From Neoechinorhynchus agilis (Eukaryota; Animalia; Acanthocephala), in NCBI GenBank assembly GCA_051530055.1, contig CM121341.1, positions 18,206,784-18,270,783 of the forward strand: a stretch of 64,000 bases of DNA, given 5' to 3'. Of the stretch, positions 46,080 to 58,199 are shown in pieces. The notes under the pieces were generated by a model. That model searched no databases and was not told the origin of the DNA. It saw only the letters and a program-made list of their open reading frames with translations. Made by a program: the position numbers and the translations under genes. The first letter of the stretch is position 1. Every line of letters begins with the position of its first letter.

Positions 46080-47930
46080 ATGAGAAAAAAGTTTAATAGA
46101 AAGCAACTGCGTGCTTGCATGTCCTATGAATTCGCTGGTGGTCTCGGTGCAAACGAGTGTTTGTCACGATTGAAAAAATATCTCGGTGATGAAGCTCCAG
46201 ATCGCGCAACTGTATTCCGGCGGAAAAATTCAACAATTTAGAATCCGAGGTCAGCGAGGCTCAACGTAAAGCTCGTCCCAGAACTTCAACTGGAGAGCAA
46301 GATGTGCCTGTGTTAAGACCCTAATTGAGGATGATCCTAGCCAAACAATCAGAAGAATTGCTCACTCACTCAAGATATATCCTTAAGCCGTTTGAACGAA
46401 GGAAGCCCGTGTCGTCCCCCTACCCAAAAACAATAAACGGATTTCCCCCACATCCTTTCGTCCCATCTCTATCCTCTGACCTTTCTCTAAAATCTTAGAA
46501 AAATGTTTTAAAACCCGCCTACTTCCCTTCTTCCTCAAAAATTTCTTTCCTTCCCAATTCGCTTTCCGTCCCAATTACTCTTGTTCTGATGCCCTCCTCT
46601 GCATCTACGATACGCTTGTGCGCAGCTTAGATTCCAATCCAGAATCAACCGTCCGTCTCGTGCAACTGGATATTTCCAGGGCGTTTGAGTCGGTTTATCA
46701 CTCCCTTCTCCTCCAATAGTGTGCTTCCTTTGGCCTCCCTACCTGGCAACTCGCTTGGATTTCCTCTTTCCTCCCCAACCGCAAACAATATATTCAATGT
46801 GGAACTTCTTGCTCCTCTTCTCTACCCAAATTTAAAGGGTCCCCAAAGGCGCCGTACTTTCCCCTCTCCTCTTTGGCATTTTTCTAAATGACCTTCATCC
46901 CCTCACTCCCCCACCAAATATTTTCTCTATGCTGATGACCTCACAGTCATTACCATCGCATCTCCGTTTCTCTTTCCACTACCATGGACGAGCTCAACCA
47001 TCTCATTTCCTCGCTCTCCACCCTAAACCTCTTCCTAGATTTATCCAAATCTTTTGAGCTTGTCCCCCACATTTCCAAACGCAACCTTATCCCCGCGCCT
47101 CTTCCTCTTCCCATCCAACGCTCCTCCTCTCTCCGAATACTGGGCCTGATTTTACATGGGAACCTTAGATGGGATGCCCACATTTCATTTACACTCTCTA
47201 AAACAAACTCGCGTCTTTACATCCTCAAACTCCTCCGGCGTATCCTCTAAACACCTTGCCCACTTTTATCTCTCTGCCATCCTTCCTATCCTTACATGCG
47301 CCTTCCCCACTTTCCTCGCGCTTTCCACCAATGCTCTCCATTCCCTCAAAACCTTCCACAAGAGAGCAGCGAGAATATGCGAGACTTCACTCCCTTCCCT
47401 CGACGCCCACCTCCACTCAATTTTCTCCCCTCCGTCTTCTTCAACCCCTTTCACAATTTTCTTCCCTCACCTCTAAATACGCGTCCCTAGTAAACACCTG
47501 GAACCCCAACCTTTTTCATCCCCCCCCGCTCGTACCACCCTCTACCAAAAATCTTTCTTCCCTCAAGCCCAATCTTTCCTTAACAACCGGAGAACAAGGA
47601 AAGACTCCTAATCTGTCATTCTATTGTAAAACTCCAAAGGCAAATCCCACCTCCCTGCCTCAACATCCGACATCCAGACAACTTCAGCAAAGATAGATGC
47701 TGGCAAGTGTATTGATCGTTTTTCTTAATCAATAAAACGTATTTATATACTCAAGATCTTTGCTTCGCAAGAAATATGTATGGTAGATCCCAAAAATCTT
47801 GACAAGTTAGCAAAAAGCGATCAGGGCGCATAAGAGAGCTGTCATCGATTTACGAAAATTTTAGCGGACGAAAATGTGTTCACTGATAATGAAAAACTTA
47901 CATTTCTTGAACATTTAAACGTCACCTACA
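46080..47930 (+). mobile_element. Decayed mariner transposase split by a LINE
   Basis: MRKKFNRKQLRACMSYEF...LGDEAPDRATVFR and RPRTST...IEDDPSQTIRRIAHSLKI, resuming after the LINE as ...MVDPKNL...TDNEK. Confidence 0.65.
46377..47748 (+). mobile_element. CR1/L2-like LINE, 5'-truncated, with 9-bp TSD
   Basis: RT motifs (QLDISRAFESV, GPQGAVLSPLL, LYADDLTV); family 3' UTR; TSD ACTCAAGAT at 46368-46376 and 47749-47757. Confidence 0.88.
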
Positions 47931-49255
47931 AGGGTAAGGGATTAACGGAAAATGTGTTGAACAGCACTGAAGTGTTGCCATTTGATTAGGTTACATGAAT
48001 ATTTTTTGAACAATCCACCAACCCATCTTCGAGTTAATTTAAAATAGTAGCAAAACTTATGAAACAATCCCTCGTGCATGTAAAGTTTTACCTTTTAAGG
48101 CATACCACAGCCTACTAGATATAAGCAGCAAGTTTTTGTGAGAAAAATGATAACCAAAAATCATTGAGAGAAAATCCTCCGGGATAGACAGGCAAAACGC
48201 ATTTTATTGTACAGAATTGTACAAGGTAGATGAACCATAAACAATTTAGCTTTGTCGATGACGTCCAAAAGTCTTGGGATAAAAAATAAGTTATTCAGTA
48301 TATGATTGGCATTTATTTTTGTTATGAATTGTTGTGATGAAAATCCCGAATAAAATGAGTAAACAAACGGTCCTGGCTTCGAGCTGGTGAGGTCAACGAC
48401 TACTCGGTCTTTTGCCATTGTGTGCTTCGTGCAAAGCTCGGGATGTTTTCGGTGTCTTGAGTTTGGCGCAGATGAATTGGCAGTTCAACATGTTGATCGT
48501 GGCTCGTTTTGATGGACGACGGATTTTTGTCGCGAAATATTTCAATCTAATAAAATACGTTTTATTCGGGGTTAATATCAGCAAAATTTATAACCAACAA
48601 TAATTGCTAAAAATATTGAAAATAACTTACTTTTTATCTCAAGAATTAACAAAATTTAGAAAAGGATAAATTCAGTGTGCGCGATGGTTTATTAGATAGT
48701 TTTTCCCGTTTAATAAAAAATTACCGCTCAATGAGATAAGTGAAAAATTTACATTCTCGAACATAAAATAGCATTAACGGTATTCTTAATAGAAAAATAC
48801 GAATTTTCGTACACTAATATTTTTATATTTCAGAACCCACTGATCAATAGTTGTTCGCAATCTATTTTAAATGTTATGACAATGTATTTTGTCCATATAA
48901 TCTCGTAGGAGGTGATCTTGCATTTCATGAAGTCTCTTGTTGATGCGAAACATGATGTCCACTCAAGATAATTTGAAATAAAGTTAATGTATGTGAGACC
49001 CGTTGAACAATGTAACACAAATCATGAGTGAAAAAGTGTTTTTCAGACTGTTGCAAAATTTATTGCATGCCTAACAGGCAAAATCCAATCTCAATGCTCG
49101 CTTACTTTGATATACACGACTCTTTAAATCCCTTTTCTGGCTACTGCCAAAATCATGGATATATCTTGCTCGTTGGAAAAGGAAGTAGGTGTGTAATCGT
49201 AAGGACAATATTTTACTATCTATAGTTCTAGTTATTCCCGAGTTCTCCACCACGG

Positions 49256-52200
49256 TCACATCACAACTTTGTGGGAAAGGAATGCATTTAACCTCGAGAT
49301 AGCCTGCCCACTTTTAAATCCACCGCCCCTCACTTCAGATACATGAGAGCTCGACATACACGAATAGTCTTCGAGACTGTCATCGTCAAAAACCACCGCA
49401 AAAATATCGATACCTTCCATTGCAATGAACCAATACGCGCGTCCTGAATTCATGTAGTTTTCAAAGACTGGATGGAAACACTTGTGATTGACTGATCTCG
49501 TCGCAAGGCAATTAAGTCGTTTTAGACAATTCAGAAGATCGCTGGTTTCAATTAAAGACAAAAACGGGCCGGTTAGTTGAAGATGAATAACCTCTGTAGT
49601 TACTCCCGGATGACATTGGATGAATAGCATTATGGCTTCCAAAAACATCCTAACAACAGGCATACAAATTTGTCCGTCTAACTGCAACCATGGTTTGGCA
49701 ATGTAATACTGATTATAAATCACGGGGCAAGAAAGTTCTTTTCTAGATATATCGATCATATTGCCTGCTGGGTTAGAAATCGATCCTTCAAAGACAGGAT
49801 TGCACCAATCCAGAATATTTCGAAAAGATACAAAGACCGGCATATCGATTCCAACTTCATATACAAGCTCGTCCAGTCGAAGATCTTTTAGCAGCCTTGA
49901 ATCAGTGGGCAACCCAGTTGAGCCAGCTCGATCAATCGAATCATAAAGAAATCTGTGTTCGTCGTCAAGATTCAATACCTTTTCCTCCTTCCAATTTTCA
50001 TCATTTCGTCTCACAATACAACTCAAAGAACGACTGATCATCAAGTGGGAAATATTCCGCAGTTCTGAATGATTCTTAATTTGAAACTTAGGAAGTATGA
50101 ATTCTTGTCCACGAGTTCGGTATTCTCTAGGGAACTCGCCATCTTCATCATCAGGAATAGAGGGATACGTTTTTTCTCGCCGACGTAAATAGTCCAAAGT
50201 TCTGTTCGCATCAGTTGGCTCGGAAATAAACTCACTGTGACTATTTCTCATGTGCTTCTTTAAACTTAAACTATTCAAAAACGTTTGCTTGCAAATTACG
50301 CAGTTAAATTGGCGGTATTCTGCGTCTGTGTTTAAATTTCCCATAAATCGAAATTTTGACTGAACAACAAAATCAACAAATGTGGAACAATCGATCTTAT
50401 CTGTGAGCAGAGCATCCACCATCTTCGATAATTCTTCATTTAATGACTTATCTTCTGACCTAATGGAACGATTAGCCGATTGAAGCGAAACAAATTCTGG
50501 AGTTGACGAAATCTTCAGTAAAATACTTTCTAATTCTAATCTTACGTCCCAATTGAGCTTTTCACTTTCGCTCATTTTGCTTTCATCTGTTTCAAATGGC
50601 GTTTCAATCACAAAGTTATTCTTAGCTACAAGCAAACGGAGGTACTCATCACCAAAATCGATATGGCGAAAGCATTCGAATTTTCCACGAAGAGTTTTTA
50701 AGATTATCTCGTTCTTTCGGAAAGGTTTATATCTCACTGGACGATACTTGACTAATCGTCCATCATGCTCAGTGATCGCGTAGGAAATAATCGACCTTGA
50801 GTGATCGTTATCTCCCGCGAACTCTTCTCGTTCGGCGTCCCGTGTGTTAGACAAAAGTCTTTGGAGAAAAATATCAACGCTGTGGGTTGTAAGTTTTTCT
50901 TTTCTTTGCAACCATTCTGTGGCCGCTGAGAAATTTCTCAAAACTTTTGGCCTTCCACGTTTGACGTTATTCCTATTCGCCTTCGACAAGAGAGCCGATA
51001 TTTTATCGCAAACAACAGCAACCGACTTTCGAGGGCGTCCTCGTGAACGTCCTGTTCTTTGTGAATTGGGAACAAAATCTTCATCATGAACGCGATATCT
51101 CTTTCGATTGTTGTCATCTCCGCTGTCATCGCTTTCGTCCATCCCTACAAATGATTTCAATTGTCGTTTCCGCCCAGATACTCTCCTTCTAGGTACATTA
51201 TCATCATCTGAAGCGGCATCACAATCGCCATCCACTTGACCCACAATGTCTTCTTCTACACTTTTTATTTCTAATCCCAACGCAAGGGCTCGCGTGATTT
51301 GCACTGCGGCCTTAGCGTTCATTTCACCAAAAACGACCTTTCGCTCCATCATTCCAAGCTTGTGACGTACTGAATTAGCACTTAATCTCCTTGAACAAAA
51401 ATGAAGGTCGAATCTGCATGATAGCTTGTAAAATTTTCCTGCGATATTAACAGAGTTACCGTATTCAGCTTGTTCTTGCCTTTTAGCACCAGACACAAAT
51501 CGTAAATCGTGAGACAACTTTGTCACAACTTCTGGCAATATTTTGTTTATATCGAATCTTGGTAATGCATGATTGGCCGCCAATGCGAGATTTTTCGGTC
51601 TCATTCGAGGTGGAATACAAAGAAGACTTTTAACTGTCGTTTCCACTACGTAAAAATGAATGTGCCGAGAATCCATGGGTATACCGGGGCGAACGAACTC
51701 GCGTTTTGGTCTTTTCCGATGGAAATAAAACGTTTTTTCAAGATATTCCTTTGTCATTCCTAGGACATCTAAAGCCGAAACCTGATTGCTCGATAACGGC
51801 TTTTTAGATTTAATGTATGCTTGAAGATCATCTCTAAAGTTCTCACAAAAATCCTTGCAAACCTGAGCAGTAGCACACGGTGAGAACTTGGAGCAGTTTT
51901 GAATGCGATCCTGGTAGCGCCGAAAGGATTCGCGACTTTGCATTTGAACGTGAAGACGATCTCCATCTTTTTTTACGTGCTCCATTTGAAGGCGCATTCG
52001 AATCTGAGCGTGTCGGCGATAGAGCAGTTTATGTTGTCCAAGGCTGAGCTAAAAGATGCCACCATAAGTTCAGTCTAGATTCGCAAATAGTCTGCTCTCC
52101 GTTTGGATTGCATAACAGCGGGGAAATGGATTCCAGCAACGATTTGACAGTTATCGAATCAAAAAATGTTTCGGATGCATATCGTTCAACTTTAAATCCA

Positions 52201-55200
52201 AGAAAAGTCATCATCGCATGAATACAATGAAGTACCCGTAGTTCCTCTTCCGAAAAAGCATCCATCCTGGCCCTCCGTTTCACCGGTAATTTTAAAGTTC
52301 GAGTAACGCCAGTGTTAGTATCAGTGAAAATAAAGAGACCCTTTTTCCGCATAACACAACTTAGTGCAACATGTTTCCGTCTCATCAGCATTCTTAAACG
52401 CCGTTTATTGGCTGCCCGCCGCTTTCGGTTGCGTTCAATAACAGCCGATAATCCATAGTCGGACTTTATTTGCGGTTCCGTGTACACCTCAGAAAATAAT
52501 GGTTCAAAGGCGTTTTGAACTGCGAACTCCAATCGGAAATATTGAACTGTCGATGAAGACGAGTGCGGACGGTATGTTCGGATCACCGACGATGATAGCG
52601 GTGCAATAACGGAACCATGTTGAGTCCGAAACCATTTGGAGGCGAGCTGAGTTTGATGACTTACACCCCAGTTTAAGCGATGAAATATAAATAAGTCCCT
52701 GTGAAGCCCAAGAGGACCTTTGCGATCACCGAATGTTTCGCATGGCTCCTTAATGCATTCAGGATCAACTGCCTCGTAAGCCTCAGCTAGGATGCACTCC
52801 GAAGACTTCTGCTTTTGTTTCGCTTTACCTTGACGCTTAATACCACTGGAGAGAAACCTTTGATCATTTAGTGCCAGTTCAGCAATATGGCTCCAAATCA
52901 GTCGAACATCCTTTAGACTCGACAATTCGTAATCCATTTGCTGCGCAGGCTTCTTTATGGTGTTCATGTACCTCAATCTTCTAAAAACATAGACGATTGA
53001 ATGTTGTTTATAGCTAACGTTTACTTTTACGAATCTTAAAAAGTTCATTGCAGACAGTAGCTTCAAAGTTTGCTCAATTTGAAACATGTACCTACGGTTT
53101 CTAGTCAAGTATCTCTTCATCTTTCGGGGCAAATCATTCATTAGTATATGGGATCTGTTGGGGTCCTTTAAAATGTCTACAGCCACTAAAAATGAACTGC
53201 GAAGAACCCGTGGTTCAAAATTAGAAGTTATAAGAGTTCTTGATTAAATCCACTGACTCTTACGAGCGACGTAAATATCGAAACCGGCATGCACATAGTC
53301 AGATCTCCAATCGAAATCTGATTTCTTGATCGAATATAAGGTCTCTTAATATGCTTCGCCCAGTCTTCATCAGAATCACCAAAGCAGTGAATCAAATAGA
53401 ATAAAAGTTGATGAAGGATCATGCACCGTTGATACTTAGCCGAATAGCCGTACATTGATGAGCATCTGGATTGCTTTTGTATGTCATTTTCAAAATCACT
53501 GTCCTCGTCGTTTCTATTTACTTCTCCACTGTCATCCGTATCAGAAAATGTTTGCGACAGTGGTGGGATAAAATTTCTGACAAAATTCTCAAATACATCA
53601 TCTTCCTCAGATTGAACACTTTCATCGCATAATATCGTATGTAAATGTTGTTGCGAATTCTTAATTCGATCAACAGTAGTCGTCCACACTTCACCTTCGT
53701 GTTCAAGTTCTGCGATCAAACGAGCGATCGTCTTGCGATCGACCATCGTCGGAACACCGAGCTTCTTCTCAGCTCCACATATAAAGGTATTCATTTTATG
53801 GAGCAGAACACATTTCTCCTTCTTCACGTATTCCTTTATCATATTCTTACGACGCATCGCACGTTCAGTTGCATTCTCGCAAACAGGATCCGAATTCTTC
53901 TTTATACTATTTCTTGAACTATCAAAGCAACTCTTTAGCACATAGCAGATATTATCTTCATTAGCTTCATCTAAGTTAACACGACGGGCTTCCTTCGGAA
54001 CAATAACACTTTTTATTTCCTTCCACTTACTCAACGAAAAACAAATTCTGCGTAGCTTGTAGAAATCCAATCGCAACTTTGAAGAGATCTGACTAGGTGT
54101 CAATCCTGACGTGCCCGCTTCTTCGAGAATTGAATACAAAACAGTGGAAATAGGAAATCCAAGTTTGTAAACGGGAACACACTCGGTCATAGCTTGGCAT
54201 CGGTCGATTTCAGTATGGAGCTCAAGTGAGTCCTTGGCGTTTTGTATTCAAATGGCCATTCAGTTACAAAACGCGAAAATAAATGAAAATATCAAGAACT
54301 CACGCATTTTAAATTTACAAGCAATGATTGAGAAGGCGAGGTTTCCTCGCGAAATATTTCAGAAGAGTCATAAATCAAAATGGATGATCAAAAATTACCA
54401 AGAATCATAAATACTGCGTTCTTCAAAATATAGTCAGTTAAAAGTGGCGGAAAACCCCACAGAAGTCCAGGAAAAAGTATCGCGAATGACCATTGCTTAA
54501 ATGGCTTCGCTTCTGCTCGCGAAACTCCATATCTCTTTCAAATGCGATAAGCCCAGAACTTAAGAGTTTAATCATATAACACCGTTTGATCGACTGGTGC
54601 ACTGTTCTTGATACAACGACTCGTTGAATGTCTCCTCGGCTAACGCACTTCGAAAGCAATCGCCTCAATACCCGTTTACTGATTCCTAATAATGTCTTGC
54701 ATGCTGCTAACGATAATTCCTTTTCTTGTAATTGTTCCAAAGAAGCTAAAATGGTGCCGATGAGATCAGCTTCGAGAGTTACACCACGAGCTTGTCTGAA
54801 ATCGATAGGACGAAATCCATCTTCTGGAACCCGGATATAATCTTCATACCTAGGTCTGTATCTTGAATGTACAACAATTCTCGATTGGCACCGGTGCTTG
54901 AACACACAATCTTGTTTATTCACAATATGGCTGGTCTCCAATTGCTCCAGAACGTAAAATAAAGATTTGCTATCAAGGTTTGTTACCGCTCGAAGAGACT
55001 CAAGCCCGACTCCTTCTTCTCTGCCAGCAACCAAGACACCAGCTTCTCTTGACCGGCTTATATATTCAAGAACTCCATAAGCCTGGTCTTTAATGGAACA
55101 AGACCCCGAAATCCACCGAGATGTAAGACAATCCTCACGAGCCTTTTGATCGCTCATGCAAACCGTCACCACAGATCGATCAGTCACTGCCAGAAATTCT

Positions 55201-55490
55201 TCGAATCCTTCAAGATATCTTCGGTTGTCGTAGGAAGGACAATATCCACGCGTATCTCCATCAGAGACAAATACATTGTCAGTAATTTCATAGTTAGCGA
55301 AGAACTTTATAGAACTCATCGAGTGTAGAAGACGTAGAAAGTAGATGCGATCTTCTTCACACTCAGAGTAATTGAATCCAGCGTTTTTTGCGTAAAGAAA
55401 CAATTGCTGCAAAGACGATCCTTGAAGACCATCGAACGCAATGTCCATTAGGAAACCGTCCGTATCAGGGTGGGAAAGACGAATTGACAT
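49256..55490 (-). CDS. GTF3C1: TFIIIC B-box-binding subunit (GTF3C1), about four large exons
   Basis: N-terminal FLMDIAFDGLQG (cf. LDEVALEGLDG); winged-helix GLTPSQISSKL; MVDRKTIARLIAELEHEG; AKYQRCMILHQLLFYL; MPVSIF...DPNRSHILMNDLP; GPLGLHRDLFIFHRLNW; IQCHPGV. The three junctions are not fully resolved. Confidence 0.85.
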
Positions 55491-55699
55491 TGCAAATCTA
55501 AAAATGTTTTCGGGCCAATCACAGAATTTTTCGCAGTTGGGTCCAATATTAAAGTTCCATGTTCTGGCAATCAATTTCGGTGGAAAATTCCATTTGGTCA
55601 TTAACATTGTATGGAAAAATTATGAAATACTTTGGGGAGTAAAAAGATACTTTATTTTTTGGACTATAAACAAGTGAAATTAAAAAAAGACGAATACTA

Positions 55700-56200
55700 T
55701 TTTTTAATCATAACATAATAAAGTACAAAACCTTCAATCACCACCGTCCGCAAAATAAGAGCTTCTCTCCTTCCTCCGCGGTCGATATCACGCTAGAAGC
55801 GTTGCTTCGTTGTACTGCAAGCGAGATATTTTGTCGCAGGAATACACCCGCTCGTGCGTCGCCGGTCGTTTCTCTCAATTTCTTCGAGAGATCCTGGAGC
55901 AGAGTGAGTGCCGAGCCGCCAAGCGCTCCATACGTCTCTACTCCGAGGGGGAAAAAATAGTGGGCCCTCGCTATATCCCTGTATTTTCGTACCTTCGTCC
56001 CTTCCGCTGCACTGGCTGCACCTCCAGGGATTTCTAGAGTACGGAATGTTGCTTACTGCGAGGGTGTCCACACACGTGGCGTCCCAGAGAATGCATTTGC
56101 CCTCCAGCCAAGGAAAGACCGAAATTCCGTCAGGTCGACGATCGTCTAGTCGACAATGATGGGCGGGTTCCAAGATGTTGGGGAAGTTCGCTGTTCTCAG
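55700..56200 (-). mobile_element. CRE-like REL endonuclease 3' fragment
   Basis: RRPDGISVFPWLEGKCILWDATCVDTLA ... QNISLAVQRSNAS. Confidence 0.8.
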
Positions 56201-56779
56201 CGCCCGAGAAATTACGCTGATTACATCTATTTGTGCGAAAATAGCTTTCGGTGCGAATTCATTTGGAGAAACATTTCAATCCTGTGACATCTTGTAATAA
56301 AAATCGTACCTTTTAAGAAGAGTAGAGCAATAAGTAACGTCCATTTAAATGACTTGCTTCACACCTCGGTCTTCATCATAAAATCACTGATTTCAAAAAA
56401 TTCTTCAGCACGAACATCAAAGTGAACAAATGAGCCTAAGTAAAACGAAAGTACTTATATGAACCAATATTGGTACCGCCAATTTTCCTTACAGTAGATG
56501 TACAAAAGACTGGTAACCGGAAGAATCAAAAATATGACGTCATGGAAGTCTTCAGTTATACATCACAAATATTGTTTTGTAACTTAAAAACGTTTACTCT
56601 GTTTGGCTTGCGTTGAACGCCTTCGGAAATGATAATGCTCTCCCGCAACGGTAAACAGAGGAACACCGGAAAGATTGCATTCCGATAGTTCAAACCTCAG
56701 TGCGGTGCGGACTATCGAGGGAGGCAACTTGCATACCGCAACAACGTCCGCCGCGGCGGCTGTTTCGCTCGCTGGCGAG

Positions 56780-57120
56780 GGGTGCCCAGTCTCCAATGCA
56801 AATCGGTCAAATGCAATGTTTGTCTTCGTGACTTCAAACCCATTCTCAGTGATATCGTCCGCTCCCACGGTCAACATGGGTCGCATTGCCCTGGATCCAG
56901 AAAACCGCCAACTCAGCCTACTTCTCCGTCTTCATCCAATCCAACCGAACTCACAACTGTGGTCACAGACACGAATGGCCCACCTCCAGCACTGATCGAG
57001 ATGCTTTCACACGGTACCCGAATGATTAGACGAATCCCGCGGGCGCCAGGTCCTCCGTAGCCTCCAAATTAGCATGCCTGATCGAGTGCATCATACGTGA
57101 TCCAACCGTACCATCTGACT
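56780..57120 (+). mobile_element. CRE-like 5' fragment with Cys/His finger
   Basis: VKCNVCLRDF...HGQHGSHCPGS followed by MIRRIPRA. Confidence 0.45.
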
Positions 57121-57159
57121 GGTTCAACCTCCACGCGTTTCCAAGTGGAAAAATGCGAG

Positions 57160-58150
57160 ATTTAAACATTTCTCGATGATTTTTGAAAGAGCGGGCAGAT
57201 GCGAGGAACTGAAGGATGGAAAATGTTGGGGCAACGAGTGTTGTAAGTGTGAGTAAAAAGAAAAATGTGTGATAGAAATTGAGGCGGAGGAGAATGAAGG
57301 CGCTCTGAGCGCTTTTGAAAGATTAGAGAGGGGTGCATTTCTAAGGGCAAGAATTCAGATGAGCAGATTAGAGCGCACCTCTTGTGAAATGTATTAAGTT
57401 TTTGAATTGATTAGAAGAAAAATTGCAGAATGTTGGATATGCGTAGGTGAGCGTTGGTAGGATAGCCGACATATAAAAGTACTTAAGGTATTTGGATGAT
57501 AATCCAAGGAATCGGATGCGGTTAAGAAGATAGAGCTCAATGGACCCTTTGTGCAACGAAATTGATATGTGCTTGTCCCATTTTAGATTTTCTTGAAAAT
57601 GAAGACCAAGTATATGAACAGAGGGGACACGATTGGTAGGAAAAGGAAGAAGCGGCTGATCGGAACGATTTCAAAGCACTTGGTTAATTTAAGGTTAAGA
57701 CATTTAGAGGAGCAAAATGCTTGAGCGTGAGAAATCTCGTTAGAAGTAATTGAGAGTGAGAGAGGAGCCGGTGCATTCGTAATGATTGTAAGATCATCAG
57801 CATACCAGAAGTATTTAGAATAAGAAGAGGATGGAAAAAGATCACCCAGGAAAATGTTGAAAAGAATAGGGGAGAGAACAGCCGCTTGGGGCACTCCCTT
57901 GTCGATTGCTAAGGTGTTCGAGGCGATGCTCCCTATTTCGATAAATTGTAATTTATTGTTTAGAAAGGAATTGAACCATTTAATTTGCCAGGCGACAAGA
58001 CCAAATTTAGAGCATGTATCAATTAGAAGATTGTGATCGACGGAAAGGGCGCCCGTCCAAGAAAAGCCGGGTTAGAAACCGAATTGAATAAGTGCAATTT
58101 TTCGATTGAAGATTGGAAGAAGGTGTGCTTTAAAGCATCTTTCTAAGATT
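57160..58150 (-). mobile_element. Divergent CR1/L2-like LINE RT fragment
   Basis: GVPQAAVLSPILFNIFLGDL, WYADDLT, YFYMSAILPTLTYAYP. Confidence 0.75.
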
Positions 58151-58199
58151 TTAGAGAAGGAAGGTGTTATCTTCTTGTCTTCGGGTGCGGGTGACTCCA

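Noticed and set aside
48161-48418. Possible RPA49/POLR1E-like N-terminal fragment
   Set aside because: Only a few residues of resemblance and no continuing exons found.
11044-53230. Stop-codon reassignment (TAA as sense) to explain interrupted genes
   Set aside because: SNRNP27 and RRP36 end in TAA (SNRNP27 at its conserved C-terminus), and read-through would not repair the MYST or GTF3C1 junctions.
54190-54500. Non-canonical junction 1 of GTF3C1
   Set aside because: Canonical GT-AG solutions exist (e.g. GGG|gtttt...gccaag|GAC), so no anomaly is claimed.
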